From: a virus
Lineage: Duplodnaviria; Caudoviricetes
DNA: 64,000 nt
Reading direction: 5' to 3' (one strand)
IMG/VR virus record: IMGVR_UViG_2765235885_000002
Location: 1,689 to 65,688 of that record
Shown here: positions 44,067 through 53,359 of the stretch, piece by piece
How the letters are laid out: each line of letters opens with the position of its first letter
How positions within the stretch are numbered: position 1 is the stretch's first letter
Notes under the pieces: generated by a model
What the model saw: the letters and a program-made list of their open reading frames with translations, nothing else
Told to the model about the DNA's origin: nothing
Databases searched by the model: none
Made by a program: the position numbers and the translations under genes

Positions 44067-44817
44067 CTGAGCTCTCCTGGGGGTGTAACAGCTGAGGCTG
44101 AATTCGATTGGTGGCGTTCGGGCCCGGCTCGCAATGGCGGGGCCGCGGGACGCAGCAGTCGGAGCAGATCGACCACAATCGGTGCCGTGCAGTCGGTCCC
44201 GGGCAATCACCCTCGCGACTGCACTCGTACGTCCCGTCGCCGTGGTTGACGAGATCGCCGCCGCAATGGAAGCGAAGCGGCCTGTCCGGATACTCGCGTG
44301 ACCACTTCTGCTCGTACTCGTAAGCGCCCCAAAAGCACTTGTTACGGAGGTGGAACGTGACGGCTGGACCGAGGATCGCGACGACGTTCTCCTGCCATGT
44401 CACCGACTGCTGCCGGTGGGTGACCACTTCCTCGCAAGCGGGGCAGACGCCGGCCGTCTCGAAGCGTGTCGCATTCTCAGCCGACCTCGCAGCCGTCTCC
44501 GTCGCGACGATCTCCCGGCACGGCGTGAGATCACCGCACTTCACACACACCGGGTAGTGCTCACCGAGGATCGGCCACCGCATACCGACGACCCGACCGT
44601 GGATGTCTTCGTCCATCGCGGTCCGCCACGTGTCGAGATGCGCGGGCCGAAGGTGGAGCATGTACGGCTTATGCCACGTCGATTCACCCTCTCGGAGCGG
44701 CGAGTCCCGTACCTCCATGACGCGCCACGGCTTGAAGTCATGGCCGATGATGTCGCCGACTTCCGGCCGGGCCTTCGCAGCACCGTGCTTGGCTCCGTCC
44801 GGCCACCACGTTCTCAT
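44059..44817 (-). CDS. Cys-rich hypothetical protein
   Basis: ATGA coupling. Confidence 0.7.
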   Translation of the reverse strand: MRTWWPDGAKHGAAKARPEVGDIIGHDFKPWRVMEVRDSPLREGESTWHKPYMLHLRPAHLDTWRTAMDEDIHGRVVGMRWPILGEHYPVCVKCGDLTPCREIVATETAARSAENATRFETAGVCPACEEVVTHRQQSVTWQENVVAILGPAVTFHLRNKCFWGAYEYEQKWSREYPDRPLRFHCGGDLVNHGDGTYECSREGDCPGPTARHRLWSICSDCCVPRPRHCEPGPNATNRIQPQLLHPQESSDA

Positions 44818-45018
44818 TGGCCGACCTCCTGCCACTCGGGTACGTCGCGGTAGGCGATGAAGTATTTGCCGTTCGGTTCGTCGCGTTGCCACTCGATGCG
44901 GACCTCCTCCGCCCACGCACGTTTCGAGTAATCGACCCCGACCGTGACGATGTCGCCATCTAAATTCCGATATGCGGCTGAGTACCGACGTGTGGTCATT
45001 GGCCCTCCTGGGGGTGTA
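44074..45018. repeat. Perfect 14-bp direct repeat flanking a two-gene block
   Basis: CTCCTGGGGGTGTA at 44074-44087 and 45005-45018. Confidence 0.8.
44814..44999 (-). CDS. Small protein paralogous to C-half of 38143-38505
   Basis: CAGGAGG RBS. Confidence 0.7.
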   Translation of the reverse strand: MTTRRYSAAYRNLDGDIVTVGVDYSKRAWAEEVRIEWQRDEPNGKYFIAYRDVPEWQEVGQ

Positions 45019-45259
45019 GTGGTTCGGTGATGTCGCGCTCGGATACGTCGGAATCGAGCTGAGTGAGGCCGTCGCTGACGAACGACCCCATCTCGGTATC
45101 CGAGTGCCGATCGGTGGCGTCGTAGCGTTCAGCGGCCTTCATACGAGCGAGGCACGGGAGCCGCCTCCGCTCCCCCGTAGACCACACACACGGCGTACGG
45201 GCCGAGGCATGGCATGTCGGGCAGGGGACAATCTCGGCATCCCGCCGAGCCGCGGTCAC
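44996..45259 (-). CDS. Zn-finger protein
   Basis: CPTC.A....PC motif; follows initiator. Confidence 0.65.
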   Translation of the reverse strand: MTAARRDAEIVPCPTCHASARTPCVWSTGERRRLPCLARMKAAERYDATDRHSDTEMGSFVSDGLTQLDSDVSERDITEPLHPQEGQ

Positions 45260-45990
45260 AGGGCACGCTGCTCACGTAGATGTTCGCAACGAACAACCGG
45301 TTCAGAGCCGATGATCCAGCCGGCGTCGTCGCAGTCGTGGCAAGACTGAATCGCAATGCGCCGAGCCTTCGCTCGATCCACCGTCGATCGGCCACGAGCC
45401 TCATCCCATTCAGCGCGAGCCACGCGAGCTTCCTTGCACCGACCGCAATTCGGAGGGTTCGTGATGTTTTCGTGGTCGGAGCATTTCGGGGAAGGGGCAG
45501 AACCACCCGCGTCAACATCAGTTACCCCCCTACCTAAATCTCCACTAGAAGAGGTCGGGTCGGGTCGGGTCGGGATGGGGTCGGGTCGGGGTTCGCGAAC
45601 AGAGCCAGAACTTCGAGAATTGTTCGGGCGAACTTCCTCCGAAGCATCGCCAGAAGTTCTCTTGGAACGCCGCTTCTTCATCCGCTCCCGCGCAGCTTTC
45701 CGCTCCGCTTCTACCACTGCTTTCATCGGTTGATAGCCCTCCCAGTCATGAAACTGGAAGCCTTGCTCGCTGTCGTTGACTGCCTCAAACCACAACTCGG
45801 ACTTGACCAAAGCGCGTGCAAGCGAACCACGAGGATCCCAACGCTTCGCGATCTCTCGCGGAACAAAACCGTCGGTCAAATTGCGCGCGGACCACGTCCC
45901 AGCAAGCACCCACAGGCCCATTGGGGCGGTTCCGGCACGACGAACCTTCCTGTGATCAGGTAGGCCATCATCCGCTTTAAACCAGGGCAT
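45256..45990 (-). CDS. Replication initiator-like protein
   Basis: MPWFKADD.L.DHRK...GLW...G.WS..NLTDGFVP N-domain, PDPTRPDP linker, C-terminal C.DC...GW. Confidence 0.75.
   Translation of the reverse strand: MPWFKADDGLPDHRKVRRAGTAPMGLWVLAGTWSARNLTDGFVPREIAKRWDPRGSLARALVKSELWFEAVNDSEQGFQFHDWEGYQPMKAVVEAERKAARERMKKRRSKRTSGDASEEVRPNNSRSSGSVREPRPDPIPTRPDPTSSSGDLGRGVTDVDAGGSAPSPKCSDHENITNPPNCGRCKEARVARAEWDEARGRSTVDRAKARRIAIQSCHDCDDAGWIIGSEPVVRCEHLREQRAL
45553..45659. repeat. Iteron-like repeats inside the initiator gene (candidate origin)
   Basis: (GGTCG)n at 45553-45588, palindrome GTTCGCGAAC 45591-45600, GAACTTC at 45608 and 45630, inverted copy at 45653. Confidence 0.5.
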
Positions 45991-46810
45991 CTGGCACCCC
46001 TGGCACCTCTGGCTGCGCAGCCGCACGCCCCTGATCGGACGCCCATTTGCCAATCGCGAAGCCCGCGATAAACGCGACGCATTCCCTTTTGCCGCAGTCT
46101 TCTTTACCCTCGCCTTCGCACCTACAGTTTGGAAGCACCAGCCCGTAGTCGGCGGACATGTGGCGCTCCGCCCGCTTGAACTCGTGGACCAACCAATCAT
46201 CGGCGTTCTCCCAGTCGATCCCTGCGAGACCGTTCAGCACAGGTTCGGGTGCCACGATTTGCACTGCCCGTTCCGTGTTCTCTTTCACGCGCGACCAGCA
46301 GCATCCACAGAAGTAGCGCCACTTGTCGGTCACTGTGGTGTGCGACATGGCGATGCCAGCGAGCTCCTTGAGATCGTCTATCTCGAGACCTGCCGCAATC
46401 AACTGGTCAAGACTGGATTCCCAAGCGTTCGGTAGCGACTGGTGCTGGCGGCCGCGAAAACCGTCGCCTTTGAATCCATCCCAGTGCCGCTTGAATGAAC
46501 GGTATTGCCTAGCGCGCGTTACACGTTCAGCATGACGTTCCGCGGCGACGATTGCCATCGCTCCCGCCCACTGCAGTGCCCGGTCGTTGACTTCACTCAC
46601 CACAGCAGCGTCGGGGTTAGCCGCACTCTTGCCTGCATTGCAATCGACGCATGCAGCGACCAGATTTGATGGATCGTCACCGCCACCGAGAGTGACGGGT
46701 ACAACGTGGTCAACCGACAACTTCACCTCAGGAGTTGTCCCCCCGCAGTACCGGCACTGATGATTGTCGCGTCGAAGAATCTCGAAGCGCAGGCGTTTTG
46801 AAACAGGCAT
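45977..46810 (-). CDS. HNH endonuclease domain protein
   Basis: RFEILRRDNHQCRYCG...DHVVP..LGG...NLVAAC.DCN.GK. Confidence 0.9.
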   Translation of the reverse strand: MPVSKRLRFEILRRDNHQCRYCGGTTPEVKLSVDHVVPVTLGGGDDPSNLVAACVDCNAGKSAANPDAAVVSEVNDRALQWAGAMAIVAAERHAERVTRARQYRSFKRHWDGFKGDGFRGRQHQSLPNAWESSLDQLIAAGLEIDDLKELAGIAMSHTTVTDKWRYFCGCCWSRVKENTERAVQIVAPEPVLNGLAGIDWENADDWLVHEFKRAERHMSADYGLVLPNCRCEGEGKEDCGKRECVAFIAGFAIGKWASDQGRAAAQPEVPGVPDALV

Positions 46811-47155
46811 CTAATCGGCCTCCTCTGGTAGTTCCTTGCACAGGCCGCTATCCGTCAGCATCACGAATCGGCCACCTATCCACACCGCCACGTCTTCCGG
46901 ATCATGCTGCTGCCGAACCAGATAGCCGAGTCGATACGACTCATCGCGGTTGCTCTCGACGGTCGCGTGGCACGGCGAGCACAGGGCCAGTCCGTTCGAC
47001 GGGTACGCGGTCTCAGGGCGGCGAGTACCTCCACTGCCTCGCGGCCGGCGGTGGTGGAACTGCTGGATCGGAGCATTCATACAGATCTCGCAGACACCCA
47101 TCGCGCGTGCCTCGATGATGAGACGGGTGTCGTTGGTGAACGCGCCCGCCCTCAC
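46811..47155 (-). CDS. HNH endonuclease (small)
   Basis: CEIC....QQFHHR.PR..GG...NGLALC..CH. Confidence 0.8.
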   Translation of the reverse strand: MRAGAFTNDTRLIIEARAMGVCEICMNAPIQQFHHRRPRGSGGTRRPETAYPSNGLALCSPCHATVESNRDESYRLGYLVRQQHDPEDVAVWIGGRFVMLTDSGLCKELPEEAD

Positions 47156-47559
47156 TCTGTGAATCCGTTCGCCAGCTCGAGCAACACGTCCGCGTGGCAC
47201 GGCTGATCGAGCCGACACCAGCAGGCCAAATCCTTCCCGCGTAGCTCCGGAAGCATCGCAATCAGCGGCGGGTTAATCAGCCACTCAGTCAGATCTGCTC
47301 GGTACAGGCGCACCGATTCGCCACGTGCCCACTTCCATGCACCGGGCCGCTCCACATCCGACCAACTGTTTGTATGCGCCCAGTCATGGTCAATCACGTA
47401 CGTGACACCGTTCTCGTCGATGACATCGACAGTGGGGCAGCACGGCGACTTAATCACGCGGAAAGGATTGCCCCACTTCGTTGGTCGCCCGACGTAAACC
47501 GCACCGTTGGGCATGCGCCAGCCCTTCGTGCGCTTCCGCTGGATCCGCTGCGGGCTCAC
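47152..47559 (-). CDS. DUF4326 family protein
   Basis: VYVGRPTKWGNPF...LRGKDLACWC....CHADVL. Confidence 0.85.
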   Translation of the reverse strand: MSPQRIQRKRTKGWRMPNGAVYVGRPTKWGNPFRVIKSPCCPTVDVIDENGVTYVIDHDWAHTNSWSDVERPGAWKWARGESVRLYRADLTEWLINPPLIAMLPELRGKDLACWCRLDQPCHADVLLELANGFTE

Positions 47560-48935
47560 TGGGTACCTCCGAAGTCGAAACCGACCTCAATCGGCTTGGA
47601 CAAGCGAGCAACGATCAGCGGCAGATAGTCCGCCTCCCGCTCGATCGCGATACACCGCATGTGCTCGTGCACGCACGCCTCAGCCGTCGTCCCCGAACCC
47701 GCGAACGGCTCCAGCACAACACCATTCGGCGGCGTGACGAGCCGGACCAGCCAACGCATCAGGTCGAGCGGCTTCACCGTCGGATGCTGCACCCCGTCGA
47801 CGGACGGCCGCTCGCTCGCTGGCGCTTTCGCCTCGTAGTGAAACGTCGGAAAGAATCTCGATGCGCCACCAGTGTCGCCGTAGCCCGACCACGCGGCGCG
47901 GTCATAGTGGCCGTAGATACCGTTGTCGCCGGTGGCTGACTTTTCGTCTCCCCGCACATTGCCGCCGGCAACACGGATCCCACTCTGACGATCCAACCGC
48001 TCGGCCTGCGACTGATCCAACGCCACGTTGGACGGCCACCGACCGATCACATCCGACTCCACCCCTACCGAGTTAGTGAGCGCCTCGCGATACCCCTGCT
48101 CGACGCGGGACACCCGTTGAAGAGAGCTCGAGGAACCCGCAGTATTCGTGCGGGGCTCGCTGCCCACTCGGCATGCATTGACATTCAGCGCGCCGGTGCC
48201 GTGGGTCAAAACGTTCACAGCCACCGTGCCCACGATGGGTTTGCGGCCAACTACGATCGGCTCGAACGATGGCTTGAGAGCAGTTCCCCACCCCTGCCAT
48301 TGCCGAGCCGCATCAGTCGCCGGCGCTGTCAGTACGTCGGATACGCCGGCAAAGGCACTCAATGTCGTCGTGCTATGTTTCGCCGTCTGCTGTGCCGCCC
48401 GTGGGTTCGGGCCGACCACGTCCCGTTGTGCGCCCGCGGCCTTGTCAATCGCCTTGGATACGTCGAGGGATTTCGGGAACCCGGAGCCGTACAACCATGC
48501 AATGGAATCTCGAAGCTCGAAGCCAGAGTCCTCGATGGCGGCCGCGAGCCGATGCCAGGTGCGTGACCCGCCGAACGACACGATGTGCCCGCCGGGCTTG
48601 AGCACTCGAAGGCATTCGGTAGCCCACGCCTCGCACCATCGTTGAAAGTTCTTCATGGCGCTCGGGGACAGGTCGTACCGCCCTGCATCCATCGCGCCCG
48701 TGTCGCCTATCTGGTCGTCGCTTCGTTCAGGTCCCCGCCGATGGACACCGGGAGTCCCCGAAGATCGAGACGACCCGAATTCCCCTGGCTGGTCCCACTG
48801 CTTGCCCATGAACGCAATCCCGTACGGCGGATCCGTCACAACGGAGTCGACCGAACAATCTTCGAGCGTGCGCAGGACATCAAGGCAGTCCCCGTGATGC
48901 AGAGTGACTACGTCGTCGACATAGTGGATCGTCAT
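47556..48935 (-). CDS. DNA amino-methyltransferase (N6-adenine/N4-cytosine, beta class)
   Basis: VTDPPY near N-terminus, HPTVKP, VLEPFAGSGTT near C-terminus. Confidence 0.93.
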   Translation of the reverse strand: MTIHYVDDVVTLHHGDCLDVLRTLEDCSVDSVVTDPPYGIAFMGKQWDQPGEFGSSRSSGTPGVHRRGPERSDDQIGDTGAMDAGRYDLSPSAMKNFQRWCEAWATECLRVLKPGGHIVSFGGSRTWHRLAAAIEDSGFELRDSIAWLYGSGFPKSLDVSKAIDKAAGAQRDVVGPNPRAAQQTAKHSTTTLSAFAGVSDVLTAPATDAARQWQGWGTALKPSFEPIVVGRKPIVGTVAVNVLTHGTGALNVNACRVGSEPRTNTAGSSSSLQRVSRVEQGYREALTNSVGVESDVIGRWPSNVALDQSQAERLDRQSGIRVAGGNVRGDEKSATGDNGIYGHYDRAAWSGYGDTGGASRFFPTFHYEAKAPASERPSVDGVQHPTVKPLDLMRWLVRLVTPPNGVVLEPFAGSGTTAEACVHEHMRCIAIEREADYLPLIVARLSKPIEVGFDFGGTQ

Positions 48936-49216
48936 GGGCGGACCTTCCGGAACAGTTCCCGGAACCTCGGGAACGGCTTGCCGCACCCGGCGCACACGGC
49001 CCGACCGCTGACCGACTGCGCAGCCATCGCCGTCCACGCCTTGTGTCCGGCGATGATGTGATCGACACAGACTCGTACCCGGATCCACTCATGCTCAGGC
49101 TGATCGAGGATGCATCCGTGAATATTGGCGACATGCTCGGCGGCCTTCGTGCACCGGGGTGTCCCAACCATGCCCTGCGGTAGCTCGCACACCGGCGGCT
49201 TTGATACGGGATTCAT
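48932..49216 (-). CDS. Small Cys-rich protein
   Basis: ATGA coupling. Confidence 0.6.
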   Translation of the reverse strand: MNPVSKPPVCELPQGMVGTPRCTKAAEHVANIHGCILDQPEHEWIRVRVCVDHIIAGHKAWTAMAAQSVSGRAVCAGCGKPFPRFRELFRKVRP

Positions 49217-49234
49217 GACTGCACCGCCATGACG

Positions 49235-49693
49235 TCAGTCGTGGGGCTTGCCCCTGTACCAGGCCGTCTTTCGCCAGCTCTGCCGTGACTCGGGAGGTTC
49301 ATCGTCGATGAGGACAAGACCGGGCGGGTTCTCCAAGTACTCGATCGCGCTTTTGAGTAGCGCGACGTTGTCCGCGAGCAAGCCGATGGCCATGTTGCAC
49401 CTCGAGCAGAGCAGGCCACGCCACTCGCCGGTCGAGTGGTCATGATCTTTGTTGAGCAGGCGCACGACCCCGTTGCGCTTGCTCCGTTCAGGTTGCTTGC
49501 AAATGTCGCAGACGATGCGGTCGACGAATAGTCGCTGATTCTGTTCTGCTCGGTCATGCACGGCGCGCCGGTTGGTGCTGGCGCACTTTTTGCATCGGGA
49601 TCGGAATGAGGTGCTACCAGCGCGCCTGTTCGCATTTTCGTCAGTGAGTTCAACGCCGCAGCTGCCGCAGTGTGTAGGTGCCGATCTGGGCAT
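49235..49693 (-). CDS. Endonuclease VII-like nuclease
   Basis: CDIC...DHDHSTG..RGLLC..CN..IG; own AGGAG RBS. Confidence 0.9.
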   Translation of the reverse strand: MPRSAPTHCGSCGVELTDENANRRAGSTSFRSRCKKCASTNRRAVHDRAEQNQRLFVDRIVCDICKQPERSKRNGVVRLLNKDHDHSTGEWRGLLCSRCNMAIGLLADNVALLKSAIEYLENPPGLVLIDDEPPESRQSWRKTAWYRGKPHD

Positions 49694-49712
49694 GTGTGGA
49701 TTCTCCTCATCG

Positions 49713-50669
49713 TCATGCGGCCACCGCATGCGTGATGTGTGCACCGACGCGCTCACCGAGCCACTTCGCGACGTTGACCGGGACGGCGTTGCCGATCTGC
49801 TTCTTAACGTCAGATGCCTTGCCGGCGAATTGGTACGAGTCCGGGAATCCCTGAGCTCGAGCGCACTCACGATTGGTGAGCATCCGGAATCGCGGGCCGT
49901 CGTCGGTGAGTGTCGCGATGCCGTGATGGTTCCCGCCCGCGGTGACTGTTGCCAACGGGAAACGATCAGCTCGGCGAGCTTTCGCGTTGCGGCGGTACGT
50001 CACCAGATGGGTGACGCCGCGGTCCTCGATCTGTTCGATCTGCGGTGTCACATACAGCGGTCGCGTGATTGGCTTACCCAGGTCTGCGTCGAGAATCGAA
50101 TCAGCATGCGCACTGTCGATAGTCGACATGCGCAGGTCCACATCGCCGGAACGGGTGAACACGATGAACAGTCGCACTCGATGCTGCGGCAAGCCGAAGT
50201 CCTTCGCGTTCAACGTAACGATCTGTTCTCTGTAGCCGAGTGCACGCATACCGTCGAGCCACCAGTCGAACAGTGACCACTTCCCGAATTCTGCAACGTT
50301 CTCGACGATCACCGCCTCGTAGCCGTGAACCTCGGACGCTGCGATGACCGCGAATGCCGTTGCCCGGTCGATCGCCCCAGCATCAGCACGGAGCCGTTCG
50401 ACGTCGGCCGGTGGCGTCTTACGGCCGCCCGACCGTGCGTGCCACACACACGACGGCGACACCCACGCAATATCCGTCTTCGGGAACGTCCGAAAGTCGG
50501 TCTCGGACAGGTTCGCAATTCGATGCTCGGTATCGGGATGATTCAGCTGATGCGTGTGAACAGCGACCGGCCAATGGTTGGCGCACAACCGGACGTCATA
50601 CCCGGCCTGGCTCAAGCCCTCCGATGAACCACCTGCGCCAGCGAACAAGTCTGTAGCAGTGAGCGTCAT
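49713..50669 (-). CDS. DNA cytosine-C5 methyltransferase
   Basis: DLFAGAGG, SPSC, ENV, QHRVR, RECARAQGFP, QIGNAV. Confidence 0.93.
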   Translation of the reverse strand: MTLTATDLFAGAGGSSEGLSQAGYDVRLCANHWPVAVHTHQLNHPDTEHRIANLSETDFRTFPKTDIAWVSPSCVWHARSGGRKTPPADVERLRADAGAIDRATAFAVIAASEVHGYEAVIVENVAEFGKWSLFDWWLDGMRALGYREQIVTLNAKDFGLPQHRVRLFIVFTRSGDVDLRMSTIDSAHADSILDADLGKPITRPLYVTPQIEQIEDRGVTHLVTYRRNAKARRADRFPLATVTAGGNHHGIATLTDDGPRFRMLTNRECARAQGFPDSYQFAGKASDVKKQIGNAVPVNVAKWLGERVGAHITHAVAA

Positions 50670-50836
50670 GGTCGACCCCGATTCGCGGCGAGCTCAGCAG
50701 CCCGTTCCCGCAACCGATCCGAACGCTCCTGCTCCCGATCCCACTCCGACAAATTCGCCGGCACACGATCCTTCCACCGCGCCGCGTAATGCCCACCATC
50801 CATCGGCTGCTCGAACTCATCAATATGTCTCGTCAT
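50666..50836 (-). CDS. Hypothetical protein (56 aa), not in ORF track
   Basis: ATGA-coupled at both ends; MTRHIDEFEQPMDGGHY... Confidence 0.6.
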   Translation of the reverse strand: MTRHIDEFEQPMDGGHYAARWKDRVPANLSEWDREQERSDRLRERAAELAANRGRP

Positions 50837-51582
50837 GCCGCCACACCCTTCTCAAGATTCGAATAACGTTCTGCCGTACGGGGACTGATATGTGCCATAT
50901 CCGCGGCCGCATTCACCGACATGCCGGACTCGCGGAGCATGAAGAACGCGGCCTTCCGCTCCTCGCGGGTCGCATTCGTCGGCTGGCCAGCCATCAGCCG
51001 CTCCACCACCACCGGATCCGGAAGCCCCGATTCCTCCGGTGCGGATGGCACCTCGAACGGGTCGTCGATATCTGTCCACTCAAACGGGTGCACCCACCCC
51101 TTACGGATGGCCCGCTGCCGAGCGATCTCCGAACCGCCATCGATACCTAGGCGGTTGAACACATCACGAACCGCGACATGGGTCTCCCACAACACAGCCC
51201 CCGTCGAACACCTCACCCTCGACAGAGACGACCAAGACATTCCCACCTCGGTGGCGATCTGCTCCAACGTGTAACCGATGCGCGCCAGACCCTGCAGACG
51301 GCGCACCGAACCCACGGCCAGCACATACGCTTGATGCTTCGACGGACGCCCATCAACCGCCAACACTGCAGCGGCGTAGCCCCTTCGGGTCGACGGCTGT
51401 CCTGACTTGTACAGGCTGATCTGGGTGTCGGTGATCCCAGCAGCCCGGGCGATCATCGCGATCGACATCCCGACCGACTCCAACCGCGCAATGTGTTCAC
51501 GGACCGCAGTGGTATCGACGAGGTCGGCTCGGGAGCTGCGACGGATTCGAGAAACAGGGAAGCCCAGCCCTTCTCCGCGCAT
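50833..51582 (-). CDS. Multi-HTH DNA-binding protein
   Basis: GMSIAMIARAAG, RRLQGLARIGY, GMSVNAAADMAHIS.RT..RY. Confidence 0.75.
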   Translation of the reverse strand: MRGEGLGFPVSRIRRSSRADLVDTTAVREHIARLESVGMSIAMIARAAGITDTQISLYKSGQPSTRRGYAAAVLAVDGRPSKHQAYVLAVGSVRRLQGLARIGYTLEQIATEVGMSWSSLSRVRCSTGAVLWETHVAVRDVFNRLGIDGGSEIARQRAIRKGWVHPFEWTDIDDPFEVPSAPEESGLPDPVVVERLMAGQPTNATREERKAAFFMLRESGMSVNAAADMAHISPRTAERYSNLEKGVAA

Positions 51583-52766
51583 CACTTCACCCCCCGGTAA
51601 TGCTGGGTGAGCGCATTGATCGCGACGTGGTCTTCGGTGGTCTCCAGATCGGTGCCGGTGTCGGACAAGAACTTGTTGACGGCGTCGCCCCATGCAATCC
51701 CCTTGAACTTCAGGGACTTCTCCAGGGCAGCGCGCGCCTCGCCTGCCGGCGTCGAAGTGTCCTGCGCAGATTCCTCCGCAGCCGCCTCAGGTACTGCCTC
51801 GGGCTGGGACTCAGCCTTGATCGCGGCCGCCCGCTCCAACAGCACCTCGCGGACCGTCTGAGAACCGTCGGACTCGTCGAGCATGTCCTCCTCGAACGCC
51901 AACTTCCACGTCGAGTTCACGGACTCCTTCGAGTCAGCAGCCCGGGCGACACGGAATACCTCTTCCGCCGTCACCCCCGACTGCAGATCCCGGACATGAG
52001 CACTCGCCGGATCGCACTTCAGCATCTCGAAAATCAGCTTCTCCAACGTCAGATCGGGGACGATCTTCGGCTTGTCCTCACCCGGCTTGATGCCCATGTG
52101 AACCGATCGAGCACCGACGATCCGTGGGTGTTCGGTGCGGAACATCCGAACCCACACCGAGCAATCGAACGGTGTCTTCTTCTGCGCGTCGACCTTCCAC
52201 GTCTTGTCCTTCGTCGGATTGCCGGCCTTGTCCATGACAGCTACCTCGGCACCCTGCGCAGTGATGACGACGATCCCCGGGAAACGCTTGAGGATCAGCA
52301 TCATGTCCTTGTGGCGCGCGTTAGCCAGGTTCCACAGGTCCGACGTGATCTGAATCTCCGCGTCAGGATTCTTGTCGAGGATCTTCGAGTTCTTCTCGCG
52401 ACGACGGGCTTTCGCGTCGACCCACTCCTTCTGCATCTCCCACTCGGCGGTCACCGAGTCGATCGCGAGAACGACCGGCGGCTTTCCCTCGTCGTGGTAC
52501 TGCTGCGCGAGATCTCGGGCGTCGCGAATTTGGCCGATGATCGTCGACCAGCGGCCGTCGTGAACGATGACCTCATAGCGGGCACCGTCGATAGCGCCGT
52601 ACTCGTCGCCTGCACCCTCACCGAGGTCGAGCCACAGTGTGCGCGAGACCTTGTCGGATGCCGACAGTTCAGCGATCGCCCAGGACTTGCCGGCCTTCTC
52701 TTCGCCCTCGAGCATGATGAGCGGGTACGGGACCGAGCCCGTTGGTGGTCGAGTCTGCAACGTCAT
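51582..52766 (-). CDS. AAA/RecA-fold ATPase (Sak4-like recombination protein)
   Basis: GEEKAGKS Walker A, LAIDS Walker B. Confidence 0.8.
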   Translation of the reverse strand: MTLQTRPPTGSVPYPLIMLEGEEKAGKSWAIAELSASDKVSRTLWLDLGEGAGDEYGAIDGARYEVIVHDGRWSTIIGQIRDARDLAQQYHDEGKPPVVLAIDSVTAEWEMQKEWVDAKARRREKNSKILDKNPDAEIQITSDLWNLANARHKDMMLILKRFPGIVVITAQGAEVAVMDKAGNPTKDKTWKVDAQKKTPFDCSVWVRMFRTEHPRIVGARSVHMGIKPGEDKPKIVPDLTLEKLIFEMLKCDPASAHVRDLQSGVTAEEVFRVARAADSKESVNSTWKLAFEEDMLDESDGSQTVREVLLERAAAIKAESQPEAVPEAAAEESAQDTSTPAGEARAALEKSLKFKGIAWGDAVNKFLSDTGTDLETTEDHVAINALTQHYRGVK

Positions 52767-53359
52767 GCGGCCACCGCCTGAGCGGCGCGGTACTTGCGGA
52801 TGCCCCAACTGATGGCGTGGCAGCTCAGCAGGTAGTGGTGGTCTAGCTCTCGGAAGTTCATGTCGTACCAATCCGTGAAGGCGTACCCGTCGAACTGGAA
52901 GTCGTTGAGTGCGGCGTGCGCGTGCTCCTCGCCCCACTCAGCAATGTCCAGCAGGTCGCTGCGGATCTCACGCCACAGAGGGGCGTTCTCCAGGCCACAA
53001 TCGGATCGATACTCCCGGTCTTCCCAGAACCGCTCGAACACTGCACGTTTGAACATCTCGGGCGAGTAGGTCTTGGACACGGTTGGGCCGCGTAGCTTCT
53101 CGGCCCAGTAGTCCGGGCTGATGTCGCCGCTGGACTCGAACCACGGAAGCATGTCTTCCTCACGCGAGAAGTGGAACGACTGGAGATCGCCGTCGATGAC
53201 GAGATGCCATGGCCAGGTGATGATGTCGAACCAGTACAGCGACGACCCGGGACGCTTGAATCGCAGATGCCGGTACAGCCCGTCGTCCTTCAGGACGGTC
53301 ATCTCGTGCTCGCGGACTTCACCCAGGAGCTGGCGGAGTTGCTTCGGGTAGCGGCTCAT
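52763..53359 (-). CDS. Conserved-looking phage hypothetical protein
   Basis: DDGLYRHLRF...ITWP..L...GD...F...YWAEK pattern. Confidence 0.7.
   Translation of the reverse strand: MSRYPKQLRQLLGEVREHEMTVLKDDGLYRHLRFKRPGSSLYWFDIITWPWHLVIDGDLQSFHFSREEDMLPWFESSGDISPDYWAEKLRGPTVSKTYSPEMFKRAVFERFWEDREYRSDCGLENAPLWREIRSDLLDIAEWGEEHAHAALNDFQFDGYAFTDWYDMNFRELDHHYLLSCHAISWGIRKYRAAQAVAA

Noticed and set aside
45553-45590. GGTCG tandem run as CRISPR or microsatellite
   Set aside because: 5-bp units with no spacers, encoding a PDPTRPDP linker; no cas genes anywhere in the window
50596-50823. Listed 75-aa ORF with Cys residues as a WhiB-like factor
   Set aside because: No WhiB Cys spacing or GVWGG motif; another frame (50666-50836) is coupled at both ends and is the better gene
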